This document shows, one piece after another, positions 11,144 through 23,988 of a stretch of DNA of 64,000 nucleotides. Each line of letters opens with the position of its first letter. The first letter of the stretch is position 1. A model generated the notes under the pieces. It had not been told where the DNA came from and ran no database searches. It worked only from the letters and a program-made list of their open reading frames with translations. The DNA is taken from assembly GCF_003918875.1 (NCBI RefSeq), contig NW_025766998.1, positions 806,001-870,000 of the forward strand. The letters run 5' to 3'. The DNA is from Haliotis rubra. Lineage: Eukaryota. Both the position numbers and the translations under genes were made by a program.

Positions 11144-12630
11144 ATGGGAAACCTTGAGAGCGGGAAGGTGTGCCCGCCCAGTAGTCACTATGACTCAAGT
11201 TACGGAGTTGCCTTTTCCAAGAATGCCGACAAGTGTGACGTAACACCAGAATATGATTCAGTCAGGTTGCGGAGGAAAGGTCGACGGCAGTCGTCGCTGA
11301 ATTCAGACAAGGACTCGGCCATTGGCGGTGCGTCCGAGCTTGGTCAGTCCTTCTACAGTGACGGCGGTGTTAACCGTGACTCTTTCTATTCTACATGCAC
11401 AGCAGAAAGTGGCTTTGAAAATATGCCCGATAATTTTGATGATGCAAGCAGTGTGGGTGAAGGTTACACATTATCACGATATCCCTCTCTGAGCCAGTCG
11501 TTGCAGGTCAACTTCAGCCCTAAATCCCTCAATAACAAAAACAGACAATCTGCTGATGCTTCATATGGGTCAGACGAAAAGTCTGGTCTCACAATTCAAA
11601 ATGGCGACACACTAGACCACAGCAGCATCTTATTGACACCTCCTTCAGAGGATGACATGTCGCCTTCACATTCACAGCTTTCTAGTGATCGGAAAAATGC
11701 TTCAGACAATACTACCGGACATTTGCAGGTAGACAGGTCAGACAAAAGTCATTCATTAAGTGCAGAGTATGATGCTTCATTAGAGATATCTGAATCCTTA
11801 CAAAGCTACAGTGGAGGGAGTCTCGGGGACTGGAGTTGTGACGAGGAGGAGAGAGACACCATGTCTCCGCTGCCCATCATTCAGGAATCGTTGTCAGACT
11901 ATCAGTTCAAACAGTCACTCCTCCAGCGACTTCGAGAGTGGTCAAGTTTCTCTATAGATGACAAATCCAGATCACCAACTCCAGAGCGTGTGACAGTGTC
12001 GCGGACTCTCAGGAGAAGCCGTAGCTTAGATAGAACTATGTCCGGATGTGTGTACGCCTGATAGTGAGATTTTTGACAATGAGTTGATTGATTTTAGTGT
12101 CCATACAACCAAAAACTTAGAGCATATTGAGGATGAGCTCCAGGACATTCAGGATGAGTTCTCGATGATCACGTCACAGTTGTCAGACTTGATACATCGC
12201 GGGGATGAACCTGAGAAGAAGCCAGCAGAACATCGGGAAAGGAGTCCGATGGCCAGACGGGCCTCGGAAATTGTTCACAGAGCACGTACAAGATGGGAAA
12301 GGTCACCGAGTCATTCGTATTCCGACTCGGAACGTTCCTCTAGGGAAGGAAGTGTGGAACTAGCTTGGGACCTTGGAGACATTGGTGATGATGAACTACC
12401 TAGAACTCTAAGGAACAGAAGAAGATTCCGGGCCAGACGACAGAACACGCTAATTCCAGAGGAGCAAAGTGATGGGAGTGAATTCAGTCTCTCGTCTTCA
12501 TGTGACAGTTCACCATTCAAGATTGCCACCGATACTAATTTAGGGCAGTTACAACCGGATCTATCTGGAGCTGACTTGGAGGAGGACAGTGCGCCTGGAG
12601 CCATCAGTCAACCATCACATCGAAGCAAAT
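11144..12630 (+). CDS. OTULIN: OTULIN-family deubiquitinase, large first coding exon (Ser/Asp-rich N-terminal extension; +1 frameshift within 12030-12061)
   Basis: Acceptor TCTGTCTTCAG at 11113, ATG 11144 (MGNLES; the frame is also open from 11114). Two long overlapping ORFs 11144-12061 and 12048-12650. Donor T|GTAGGT at 12630 is phase-compatible with the next exon (T+AC = Tyr). Confidence 0.65.
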
Positions 12631-13055
12631 GTAGGTCAAAGCTAAAATAATATTTTTGTGATTTACTGGTATTTTGTTCAAATAATAATAACAATGTGGT
12701 GCACTGAAATGAAAGAAATATCCTCAAGGGTTACTTCCCTTGTGTTTTTCACATTAGGTCTTTCAAGTCGTTGTGAGGAAGAAAAAGTTGTATCCTTAGA
12801 ATTTGGGTTGTATTCTATATTTGTAATTTTCTGGTGAGCAAAGAAAGTGAACAATATCCCAACTTTTTTAATATAATGATGCATGAATACTGTTGGGTGG
12901 GTGACATATATATAGTTATTGATATGCAAAAAACAAGTTTTAACATTAGCTAACAGTTGCTGCAAGGTAATACATCCATTTGTTTAGATGCCACTGTGGG
13001 AACCAGAATATTTCTCCAATGCAGAGCATTCACTGACTTTGCCTGTTTGTTTCAG

Positions 13056-13162
13056 ACAAACCTCGGGGAAGATTAAAAAACATCAGTGCTGGAGTGAACA
13101 TTCAGGACTATGCAGACAGAGAATGGCAGGGTGATACGCCGAAGGCCAACGCAATCAGACAG
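13056..13162 (+). CDS. OTULIN: OTULIN-family exon (YKPRGRLKNISAGVNIQDYADREWQGDTPKANAIRQ)
   Basis: TTTCAG acceptor and GTAACA donor; resembles OTULIN MDIMDYCKKEWRGNTQKA. Confidence 0.85.
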
Positions 13163-13619
13163 GTAACAAGGGAGATAATCAGAACACCATAGTAGATGCT
13201 TCTAAACATGAAAAACAACATTCAGATTTTGTTTTGTTTCAGAATTTTCAATTTTTAAGGACATTGGATCTGTAATCAAAGCCTAGGCAAATGTAACTTC
13301 ATGGAGACGTAAACATACAGACTGGTGTTTAGTTTCCAAAAGTACTTACACTCATTTTCCCTTGATTACCACAAAATGATATTGAAGTCAATTATTTTCA
13401 GTACATACATCAATGATAATGACTTTTCTGCTAATGGAACTTTTAACACACAAAAACAATTATATTTGTGACATCATTTAGCGAAATAATGTAATGCAAA
13501 CCCCTTCCACAGTCCTATCAAATTTCATTTTTAGCCAATCAAAGGCTGTGCAGTCAGCAACAGTTTAAAATTGTTTGACCAACCATGATAAGTACCTGAA
13601 ATGCTTATCTCTTGTTCCC

Positions 13620-13792
13620 GGGACAGTGGGGTAGCCTAGTGGTTAAAGCGTTCGCTCATTACTCTGAAGACCCGGGTTCGATTCCACACAGGTACAATGT
13701 GTGAAGCCCATTCCTGGTGTACCCTGCCGTGACATTGCTGAAATATTGCTAAAAGCAGCGTTAAGACCATACTCAGTCACTCACTCACTCAC
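13620..13792 (+). mobile_element. SINE family A, full length, directly upstream of a splice acceptor
   Basis: A/B boxes, body and (ACTC)n tail ending ~15 nt before AG 13806-13807. Confidence 0.85.
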
Positions 13793-13807
13793 TATCTCCC
13801 ATTCCAG

Positions 13808-14089
13808 GCTTATGCATCCATACCGGGATTAATCAACTGCCATCACTTAAAACAAATCAGGGGAGACAACTACTGTGCCGTGCGAGGGTGTTTGTACCAA
13901 ATCCTCAGTGAGGGCCACCATGTGACTAAGTCCTGGCCAGGCATAGTGGATACAATCAACAAACTTCATCAGCTGTATCAGGATCCTAGGTCCGGGCTCC
14001 AGCAGTGGACCTTCGCCAGCCGTCTTCCTGTTACAGACGAAAACAGACTGCCGCGCATGTGTGAATGCATGCTTTCTCTGTACTCAACG
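13808..14089 (+). CDS. OTULIN: OTULIN-family exon with catalytic Cys (IRGDNYCAVR)
   Basis: 94 codons, CCAG acceptor and GTGAGT donor; RGDNYC is the OTULIN/FAM105 (peptidase C101) Cys box. Confidence 0.92.
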
Positions 14090-14176
14090 GTGAGTGCCAG
14101 GTCATGGAGAGCGTCATCTACATATGCCCCATAATTCACTGTACAGTTATCCCCCCTTTGTTATCAACGCCACTGC

Positions 14177-14444
14177 ACCTGTGAAGATCCGGGTTAGAAC
14201 TGGTCTGCAGCAACCCATGATTGTCATAAGATGCAACTAACGGGATCGGGTACTCACAGTCAAGCTCACTGACTTGGTTGTCATTGTATCGTATCGATGC
14301 TCATGCTGTTAATCACTGGATTGTCTGGTCCAGAATTATTTGCAGGCTGCCGCCATATAGCTGGAATATTACTGAGTGTGGCATTAAACAATAAACCAAC
14401 CAACCAACCAACCAACCAAACAACCAACCAAACAACCAAACCAA
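14177..14444 (+). mobile_element. SINE-like family B with (AACC)n tail
   Basis: ACCTGTGAAGATCCGGGTTAGAA..CACTGGATTGTCTGGTCCAGA..GCTGGAATATT..TTAAACA(AACC)n. Confidence 0.8.
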
Positions 14445-14701
14445 GCAGCATCACTTACTATGGGCCTAAACCCAAACCCAGAAATTCAATGTACAGAGTT
14501 ACCCCCCTTTGTTATCAACATCATTAACCAGGTGTCTAAACTCAAATCCTGTAATTAGTTGCCCCCTACTTTGCTGCATGCCTCTGATGATCAAGGTTCT
14601 CAGATGCTCATATTTCAGCTAAATGCAATGCATGGATTCAGTGCATGGCTGTTTTATAGTTTCACTGTGAGTATTGCTAATTAAACACTTTCCTGTTCCA
14701 G

Positions 14702-14974
14702 ATCGAGGATATATGCAAACTGCCAACCTATGAACAACGGGCCAAATACACATCTGACCTGCTAAACTCTGACCCTGTCACTGACCTTGAACTCATGGAA
14801 GGGGTCAAACTGCTAATGGCCTTGAACTCAATTGAACTCCAACATGCGAGTGAACAAGGCGAGGACGTTCCTCTGTTTGTGTGGCTCATGTTCGCCAGGG
14901 ACTCGTGCCAGAATGTGTCCGACTTCATCAAAAATCATCTCAATGTTGTTGGCAACTCAGCAGGTCTTGAACAG
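14702..14974 (+). CDS. OTULIN: OTULIN-family exon (..LMEGVKLLM..VPLFVWLMFARD..NHLNVVGNSAGLEQ)
   Basis: 91 codons, TTCCAG and GTAGGA boundaries; matches OTULIN VPFFSVLLFARDT..NHLNQVGHTGGLEQ. Confidence 0.92.
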
Positions 14975-15819
14975 GTAGGAGAAGTCGCTTGTGAAGCTTA
15001 GAATATCAGATGTAATAAAATACATAAGTAATATGTGAGATTATATTTTATCTAATTTTTCACAAAGATGTTCACTGGGAAGACATTATTATCTCTAAAG
15101 GACATGATTTACAATATGTATATGAGACTTGCTTTTCAAGGGAATTTCAATGTTTTGTTTCAAGAGCTATTCATGAGTCTCTTTGGCCTTTGTTTTGGCA
15201 CATGAAGGAATGATTTGGCCACAGAATTGAAAAAATGATGTTATTACTTAAAGCAATCATTGTGGGATTCTAAGTTAGAATAGGTCCCCAGTTGCCCATG
15301 CTGGTTGTATGAGGTGATTTAGTTGATTTTGTGTCTTAGTGTAGTTGATTTTGTGTTTTAGTGAGGGTTTTGCAATTTCTGCCCTGTGTGAAGTTAGCCA
15401 TGGTCACGGTGTAATAAGGGAAATCATGACAACTTGACTGTAACAACTTAAATAAAATTTGCTTGCACTGCCTAAGCCTGTGTGCATTTGAAACATATCG
15501 GTAACTGTTGGTAGTGTGATAATGAACCAAACAGCGTTGTGAAAGAAAATATCTGAAATATATTTCAACTTGAAGACATCCTGTCAGACTGATAATCTGG
15601 GGTCAACTTATTCATACTCTAGTGAATTTGTGTTCCATACACATCAGATTGGCAATAATTGATGATATCATAAAATTCAATAAAGTTAATTTAAAGTATG
15701 GTAAGTCTGGTATTTCAAGCTATGATGGGGTTATCTTTTCAAAACTTTAACATTTCAACAGCAATATCTCAGATAGCTATTATGTTTCACTCCCTTAAAC
15801 CAACTCCTCACTGTTTCAG

Positions 15820-15993
15820 GTTGAGATGTGTCTGTTGGGTCATTCACTGGGCGTGTCAATACAGGTGGCACGTCTACAGAACGTCTCCCAAGAAGACTTC
15901 CTGGTCAACTTCCCTGACACCTCACCTGAAAACTGGCCAACCATCAACCTGTTAGCTGAAGATGACCGACACTATAATGTGCCTATCCCATAA
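15820..15993 (+). CDS. OTULIN: OTULIN-family last exon with catalytic His/Asn (VEMCLLG..LAEDDRHYNVPIP*)
   Basis: TTTCAG acceptor, 57 codons plus TAA; EDDRHYN His box intact. Confidence 0.92.
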   Translation, partial: VEMCLLGHSLGVSIQVARLQNVSQEDFLVNFPDTSPENWPTINLLAEDDRHYNVPIP

Positions 15994-16904
15994 TACCGGG
16001 GACCAAACCTGGAGTTGTGTTTCTTTGTAGAGTTAGCTCCCCTGTCGGTCTGCACCATAACCTTGACATAGCCATCTGTGATCTTTGACCTGAAAAATGT
16101 GGGTTCATCTACGCACCTATGTGGATTCACTTGTAACAAAGTTGTGATATTGTGGAAAAAACTGTATTCTGAATGTTTGATACAAAAAATATCAGCAGTG
16201 TCCAACAGAAATATATATGTTGTTGATGTTGTTGATGTTCTAGATGTACGTCAAGAACTGAACCTGATGAGTTGATGTCCAAATTGTGATAGCATTGAAC
16301 TCTTGCATGGTAATAAAAGACTAAAGCTGAAGCACTGATTACTCAGAGTAAGACTTTTTACAGTCTGAGGTCCAAAATATTTTATGCAGCAAAACCCTGG
16401 TAATCCAGAATTCCCCTTTTCAGGACGATTGTTTATGAAAATGTATTTTGGGCGCATTGATGCTATGGAAACCAAGTCAAGTTTGACATTATGCTCTAAG
16501 ATTTTAATCGTATATCTTTTTGAGTTGCTCAGTTTTTAGTTATAATCCTAGGGCTTGTATGTGCAATTTCTCTTTTTCTTAGATATAATTATTGGGTTTT
16601 GAGCTCAGCTCTCATGTCTTAGCAATCATGGTCATCCTATTAACCCTTTACAAGTCAAATCATCCCATTAACCCCATACGGGACAAGTCATCCATTGGTC
16701 ATCATCTCAAAAGTGAGGAATGCCAGCAAATCATGTCAGAACAAAACACTGGTACAAAACAATGGAGCAATCTTTGCTAAAGAAACTACTGACCCTACCA
16801 AACATGGGGAAACAGGATTTACTGAATGGTTGGTGGGAAGGTGGAGGAAAGAAATTGGGTTAGTCTGGCCACAGAAAACTTACGTTGGATTCCCAGCATG
16901 AGTT

Positions 16905-17035
16905 GTCTCACCCTTGGGAATCACCTTCCCTGATAAACTTATCCTTGGGAATCTGGGAATCACCTTCCCTGAAAAATAAACTCCCCCTTGTGGATCACCT
17001 GCTAAACTCACCCTTGGAAATCCCCTTTCAAACTC
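16905..17035. repeat. Degenerate ~33-bp tandem repeat
   Basis: TCACCCTTGGGAATCACCTTCCCTGATAAACT-like units, ~4 copies. Confidence 0.6.
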
Positions 17036-19624
17036 AACCTAAACTATGCAGTGTAATTTTCAAAATGGCATCATGCACCAAATTGTCATTGCAACATTCT
17101 AGTACATAAATACAATGATTCAGCTTTCAGCAGATCTCTTCTCTTGTATTAGTGTAGTGACGTTTCAGTTTAATGGTGACCTGGGTTTTGTGTCAGTGGT
17201 TTAATAGGGGAGTTACCTCCCTTCCTTCAATATTGTTGATTTGCATTTTGTACGACTTTTCACGTTTTCGTTGCTTGTCCTTTGTGCACAGCTACTTTTT
17301 CATCCTTCACACTCTCTACATCTCAGCCTTGGTGGTGGTCTTCGTAGCTTTGCGTAGTCTTAGATAGGTTCTCATAAATGTGTGAGGCAAATTGTAGCAA
17401 ACATGTGGGAGGTCAAACAAATTGATGCTCTTGGATTTGAACAAAAAATTCTATTCAGATATTTAGGTTTGAACATTATTTGGATTTTATTCATTTAAAT
17501 TTTTAATTTTTATTGAAAAGAAAAAGACAAATTTGCAATTTTAAAAGTTATTGTATTTAATCATATGAATTATCAGGTTAATTTTCCAGAATACTTAACT
17601 TAATTATGGTTACAATAATTAATTTATTCTAAACACCACACAGGCGAATATGTTCATTTTGAAGGTGATGTTATCACATACTGAAAACAAACATCAATTC
17701 TCATCCTAACAATCATAATGTACAAGTAGTTGTGTCACTGGCAGCACAAACATTCTTGCTATTTCTTGTGATACATGACAATGTCGGTGGTCAGTGTATC
17801 ACACAATCCCATCTCCGATTCTGTCTTTGTCGGATAAGTCTGAGATGGATATTTTCGAGAACATTACAGTTTCGCAGCAAGAATTCCCACTTGAAGAGTC
17901 TATACTCTATGTTCTGGCATTGCTCAACATCAGTATATTTTCATGTCATCTTTCATTTTGATCTTGTTCTGGTTGTTTTGCTGAATTTGAATTTGAATTT
18001 AAAGTTTAAAGTTTGAAGTCATTACACATAAGGATGAACAGACAAAACTTTAAAGTAAATACTTTCATTTTCATTTTTTTATCACCCAAATTGTGCAATA
18101 TCTTAATTTTCATAATCTTGGTATAACGAGAACTTACAAACTTATTCTCATGTACTACTATTGGTCTCATTGTAGTCTTTTTAACAACTTAAAATGCTTA
18201 CTCGACAGAATCTCAATACTGCTTTTTTAGATGCAGCTTCACAAGTCCTAATACTCTGCAGCTTTCTACCGCAGCCACTCACTGATAGTATAATGTCAAT
18301 ATGTATATTAATGTGTACATCTTATTTACCCTTTTTCTACTATGTCAAGTATGTAGAGTCTTTGTGATGAAAGTTTGTAGTTTTATATCCTTCTGATGAT
18401 CCACAGTCACAGATGTCTGTTGTATGGCTATTATGTAGATACAGGCCACACCACGCAGACCTTGGTTAAGATAGCTGTGCCTACACTGTTGTAGTACAGG
18501 GCGACCATATTGGTTCAGTGGTCAGACTAAGACAGACTTTTGTCTGGCCCTGGTTTGACTATTTACATGCTACCATGATATTGCTGGAATATTGCCATGA
18601 CATACAAGCAAGCAAAAGATGCCAAGACGTTCCACCATGTGCGACATGAGTTCAACTCAAGGACTGAAAGAGGTTGAAAACATTCATCACCACCAGAACA
18701 ACCAAGGACATTTTGCATATTATGATAATCCTATTATAGGATATTTATATAGTGCACATATCCACGTAACTAGTACATGTTCAAGGTGCTGGAGTGTTCC
18801 CTTGATTAATGGATGTCTGTTTTTGGCATTTTGTTAACCAACTCAACTCCCTGGGGAGTATATAGTTTAACAATGATTATTATGTGCATATTTGATTACA
18901 GTGTACACCAGCTCGGCAAATGCCACAGAGATTAAACATCCATCATCTCTGTAGTGTCTCTTTGAATACAAGACCTTCCAGCATTAGCTACAAGAGAAGC
19001 AGCAACATTCAGGTGACAGACGTGCATTGACCATTACTCTGGGTGTTGGCTGCTGGAGAAAGTCTTTAGCACAGGGCTGAAGTATATATTCAGATGGTAG
19101 TGCAGGTTTAAGGCTACAGATACAGGTAGACTTTGCTTGTGATTCCTTTTATGATATCCGGGTCAACAAGTGATTAAGTAGGGTGTCTGTTATCTGGCCG
19201 TGTGTTCCAAATCTGAAATCTTCCCAGTGACTGAGTCCTGGTGGTGACTCTGGTCCAAGCTCTACTTACCTTAAAGGGGTTTCGCTCCTCAAAACAGTGA
19301 CCCATGCTGTATTGTACTAATTGTCAGTGACAGAGGCTCTGTGTAGTAAATGCAGCGCTCGTAAATCTGATTTGTACATGGCATCAGTGCAGCAGATATT
19401 GCAGATTGTACTGCACAGTTTTAATTAAATGAGTTACATCTGGCCTGAGGTCATTTTTTAAAAGGAAAGTTGTCCAGTCTTGTCAACCAAGAATACTTCA
19501 TGTTATGGCATTTTAAAAGGCGTTACATCTTTTGTCATATCTCCTGTCATGATAGTACCCAGGGTATAACATTTACCAACCAAGCCATTATCGCCTTGTC
19601 ACAGTGTCACTCTCTTAAACACAC

Positions 19625-19995
19625 TAGTGGTTGTCTGGGTCAAGAGACCTTCCTTTAGACAACCATGGTGGTCAGGGCGGGTATCTGGGTCAAGACACTC
19701 TCTATAAGACACGTAAGTGGTCAGACACCTAAGTGGTCAGGTTTTGTTGTTTGGGTCAATGTCAAGATACTCTATGGACCTATTGTGTTCAGGGCCTTGT
19801 CACTTAGGTTAGGAGATCCCCTTTAAGATGCCAATAGGTCAGAGCCTTATTATAGGGTTAGGACACACTCTTTGAAACACCTTAGTGGTCAGGTTTTGTT
19901 GTTTGGATCAACATCAAGATACTCTTTGGACCTTTATGTTCAGGGCCTTGTCACTTAGGTCAGGAGACCCCCTTTAAGACACCAATAGTGGTCAT
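19625..19995. repeat. Degenerate tandem repeat (~152-bp period)
   Basis: GTGGTCAGGTTTTGTTGTTTGG..CAAGATACTCT..TTCAGGGCCTTGTCACTTAGG..CCTTTAAGA at ~19734 and ~19886. Confidence 0.7.
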
Positions 19996-21326
19996 ATTTG
20001 AGTTTTCTGGTGCAGTCAGACAGAGCAGGTGCTAGTCATGTTAATTTGCCTGATAGTGCTTCCAATCCTTTGTTGGACCTCAACACTGATTTGTATAATA
20101 GAAGAGTCCATGTATTGTATTATTTATGTTATCATGTATATGTTGACTAGTCAGATTGAAAGAGTGTTTAGCAAGAATTGAAATCAGCCTGGTCAAATCC
20201 TACTTGAATTCTGCTGAAGTAATCTTGATTACCTTTAATGAATTCTGCTTTAATAACCGCTGATTTGATTTCAATTTGTATGAAATATTGGAAAGTTACA
20301 CGTGTGATTATGTAAATAGTGTATATATGTATTCTATCTAGAAAGTTGGCAAGTTGATCATGGCATTAAGGAATCAGAGACTTGAACACTAATGATTGTG
20401 GAATGGACGTAGAACAAATAAAAATGAAAATCTTTTATTTCATATTGTTTTGATATTATTTTATAGTTTTAAAATATGTGAATAAATGTACATCATTGGA
20501 AAAATGAATTTTATAAGAAGTCAGTTGAAGTTCATTAGCATTGTATGATAGTTCATGATACGTGTAACCTCAAACTTGTGATTAGTTGTTCCACAAGCGT
20601 CGTGTAGCAATGTGTGATTGTTATGTCCGATGCCATTGTTTGAGAGAAAACAGCTGTTGAAATTTGCTGACTGAGGGTTCTGTTGAAATTGATGGTACAC
20701 TCTTTGTTTTATGATATGTATAGAGAATGTGTTGTTGCACATTGCTTTGAAGAACGCATATGTTCACAGGTAATATTTACCATACACTTTAAGGATTGCT
20801 ATTATTTTTGTGTTTTGATAAAACATTTAGCCCTGATACTTTATTGTTCAAATATACTCATAAGATTTCAATTCAGATGCCAAATACATTGTATACTTAT
20901 TTTCACATGTAATGGAAAGATTAATTATTTTAATTTTTATCTTATATTTCAATAAGTGCTTTTTTTTATTCAACGCAACCTGTTAAAATTTTACCAATAC
21001 TGTGAAACCGAAAGGAAACAAATTTAAAATTGGTTGATTGTTCTGGACAGTTTTCCTTTCAGTATTGTGTTCACACAAGGAAATATTGCTTGTTGAATAA
21101 ACTGTTAAGTAGTCAAACAAAGAGTGTGATAACTTTGTTAATGCCTGTGAACTATGTTGGACATCTGTCAAGTGCCAGTCAGTACGCTTGTAGTGTGATG
21201 GGTGCGACATACTCAGCTTGTAGTTAGTCCTTCACGCATGGTGAATGTGTGGGTTTATTTCTGGACAATGGGAATAAACAGTTTTAACCTGAATCTATGA
21301 ATTTCTGTTGTATTTGTTCCATTAAA

Positions 21327-21565
21327 GTTTGTTGGTTGTTGCTTAACGCCACACTCAGTAATCTTCCAGCTGTATGGCAGCGATTGTGTTTTAGAGTCTG
21401 GACCAGACAATCCAGTGACCAACAGCATGAACATCGATCTACGCAATTGGGATACAATAACATGTGTCAACCAAGTCAGCTAGCCTGACCACCTGTTCAT
21501 GTTAGTCGCCTTTCATGACAAGCATGGATTGCAGAAGATCAATTCTAACCAGGATCTTCACAAGT
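21327..21565 (-). mobile_element. SINE-like family B
   Basis: Reverse complement of the 14177 element over ~240 bp. Confidence 0.8.
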
Positions 21566-22999
21566 CATTAGATGGCCCAGTGTTAACTAATGATTAGTCT
21601 CTGAATATACATTGTATATGAGTGTGGTACAAATAGCTCCATTTCAACTATAAGGGAGTCCCAAGAGGGAGCTCAATCTGAGGAAATCTATACTTGCTCC
21701 ATCTACAGCTTTTGATTTGCAGAAAGGGTTTTGTGGATGGGATAATAACATGGTTCAGGGACTGTGAGACACACCTTGGCCAGCGGTCAAGGTCATCGTG
21801 GAGTTGGACCCCTTGGCACATCGGAAACCAACAATCCTTGGTTTGAATCCTGGTTTGCTGGGTGTTTCTAGATTTGTCACTACCACACTCACTGTGTGAG
21901 ATCTGCATCATCCCAGGTGATATAACTGCAACACTAACATCTGACAATTGCTGGATAGACAGTTTCTTCATGTTAAGTTTAAACTTCATTATCTATTAGT
22001 TTATTTCACATTACATTAAAAGGGGATTTCTTGTCTTGTTGGTTAAAAGGGGATTTCATGTTCAGTTGATTGAAAGGTAAGTCAAAATTTATGTCGTTTA
22101 TTTTAACTTACTGCAAACCATAGGTATTTTAGTTTAATTTCCACTGCATACCACCAGCCTTGAACCAGATAACTTTATTGTTTGGATAAAATGTCTGTGA
22201 TCAACATCATCAGCATAGATCTACACAATTAGGATGCCTGATGTGTTTGCCACCTCATGGATCCCGTTAGTTTGCTGGAGACTAGTTCTACCAGTGTCTG
22301 AAAAATAACTGTACATGTTCCAATATGGGGACCATGGACACGCACTGAATGTGGCAAGTCTAGATTTCCACAGCTTCAGTTTCATCTGAAAATGAAGAAA
22401 GTCTCAGGGCTCCTTTTCATTATATTATATTTTCTTAGTTGTTAGTCTAGGTTTTTGTGGGTTTTGAGTGTTGGCAGGTGGAAGAAAAGACTACCATGTT
22501 CATAGATCTAATATTACACTCACGTTGCTAAGTTGTGTGAGATGTTATGGGGAAAATTCCAAGTTGAAACACAAAATATAACCAGAGACCATATACCGAC
22601 ATAACCAAAGGCATTGTTACATACAGAACGAAAAAATGAAGTCACAAAAGATCAATGAATAATAAATACACTATATTAGGATTTCGGTGTTATCAGATAA
22701 GTCAGCACTTAAGATTGAAGTCAAGGCATAAAAAGCACTAGTATTGATCTTTAGGTACAGCCATTTGGAAACTCCCAATTCGTCAAATTTGTAAACAACC
22801 AGGGGAGGTAACTCTGATCGTCTTTCCTGATAAAATCGGCTTCTCTGTAAATCAACATTTTACCAGCTCTTCGGTTATTTCCTGCCACTAACGGTTTCTG
22901 CAAATCTGACAACAATATCTACTGCCTCACTACAAAGAGTGAAAACGATGGAGAAGACTAGTAATAACTATCTGCTAAATTGCGCTGCGGGGAAGCATA

Positions 23000-23680
23000 T
23001 GGAAGAAGATTTCTTGGAGAACAGGAAACAAACAATTGTTCTTGATGGGAAATCATCCTCTGAAGCTGACGTAGTATATGGCGCACCGCAGGGCACGGTT
23101 ATTGGCCCACTCTTCTTTCTTTATATCAACGACCTTCCAATTTCTGTTGACTCTGAAGTACGGCTTTTTGTATCATATTCCTGGACGTGCGTAATGCATC
23201 AGACAGTCTCAAACTGCAGAAGGACTTGGATAACCTACAGAAGTGGGAAAAGTACATGGCAAATGGCTTTTAATCCATCAAAATGTCCAGGAAGACGAAA
23301 ACGCTTCGCCACTCCTACAACCTTCACGGTTTGGACCTAGATACCGCCAAGGACCTGGGGGTCAACATCTCTTGTGACCTTTCCTGGAAAACTCATAATA
23401 TTGATAGTACTGCAGCCAAGGCCACCAGGACTGTAGGTTTTCTGAGGCACAATCTCAGGGCTTGCCCTGGGCCAGTGAAGGCGTGCGCCTATACCACCCT
23501 AGCCTGTCCTATCATGGAATATGCTTCGACAGTTTGGGGCCAACACCAACAGAACTGTATCTACATCTCTGAGAGTACAGAGGCAGGCAGCCAGATTGGT
23601 GTGTAATAACTACACTGACCGCGACCAAGGGTGCATCTTGGATGGGAAACGCTTCAAATCAGGAGAGCCAGGGCTCTTTC
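23000..23680 (+). mobile_element. Decayed 5'-truncated non-LTR retrotransposon (CR1/L2-group-like RT, C-terminal half)
   Basis: RKQTIVLDG..GAPQGTVIGPLFFLYINDLP..RLF; WQMAFNPSKC; KDLGVNI..DLSW; AYTTLACPIMEYASTVW; frameshifted, with the catalytic ADD motif lost. Confidence 0.85.
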
Positions 23681-23932
23681 TTCTTTAAGTGGCCTTCACG
23701 GTCATATTCAAAAACGTTGAGGAGAGGATCAGCCAATAACAACATAACACAATTAAGAGGGTAAAAAAAAATCTTTTATGACTTTTGTATTGTATATGGA
23801 AAGGCACAAACGTATATGTTGCGAGCGTACTCGCTTTTAAGGAAACATAAAACCACAAAAAGACTTACTGGGAGAGAGAGAGGTGAAATGTATGTGTTTG
23901 AGTCCTGGCTCGCAGTGTTTCCATGCTTGTCA

Positions 23933-23988
23933 GCGTCGTGATATTGCTGGAATATTGCTAAAAGCGGCGTAAAACTAAACTCACTCAC
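23933..23988 (+). mobile_element. SINE family A tail fragment
   Basis: GTGATATTGCTGGAATATTGCTAAAAGCGGCGTAAAACTAAACTCACTCAC. Confidence 0.8.

Noticed and set aside
16000-20500. Exact 3' ends of the OTULIN-family and SIAH transcripts
   Set aside because: Several AATAAA candidates exist; they cannot be chosen between without transcript data.
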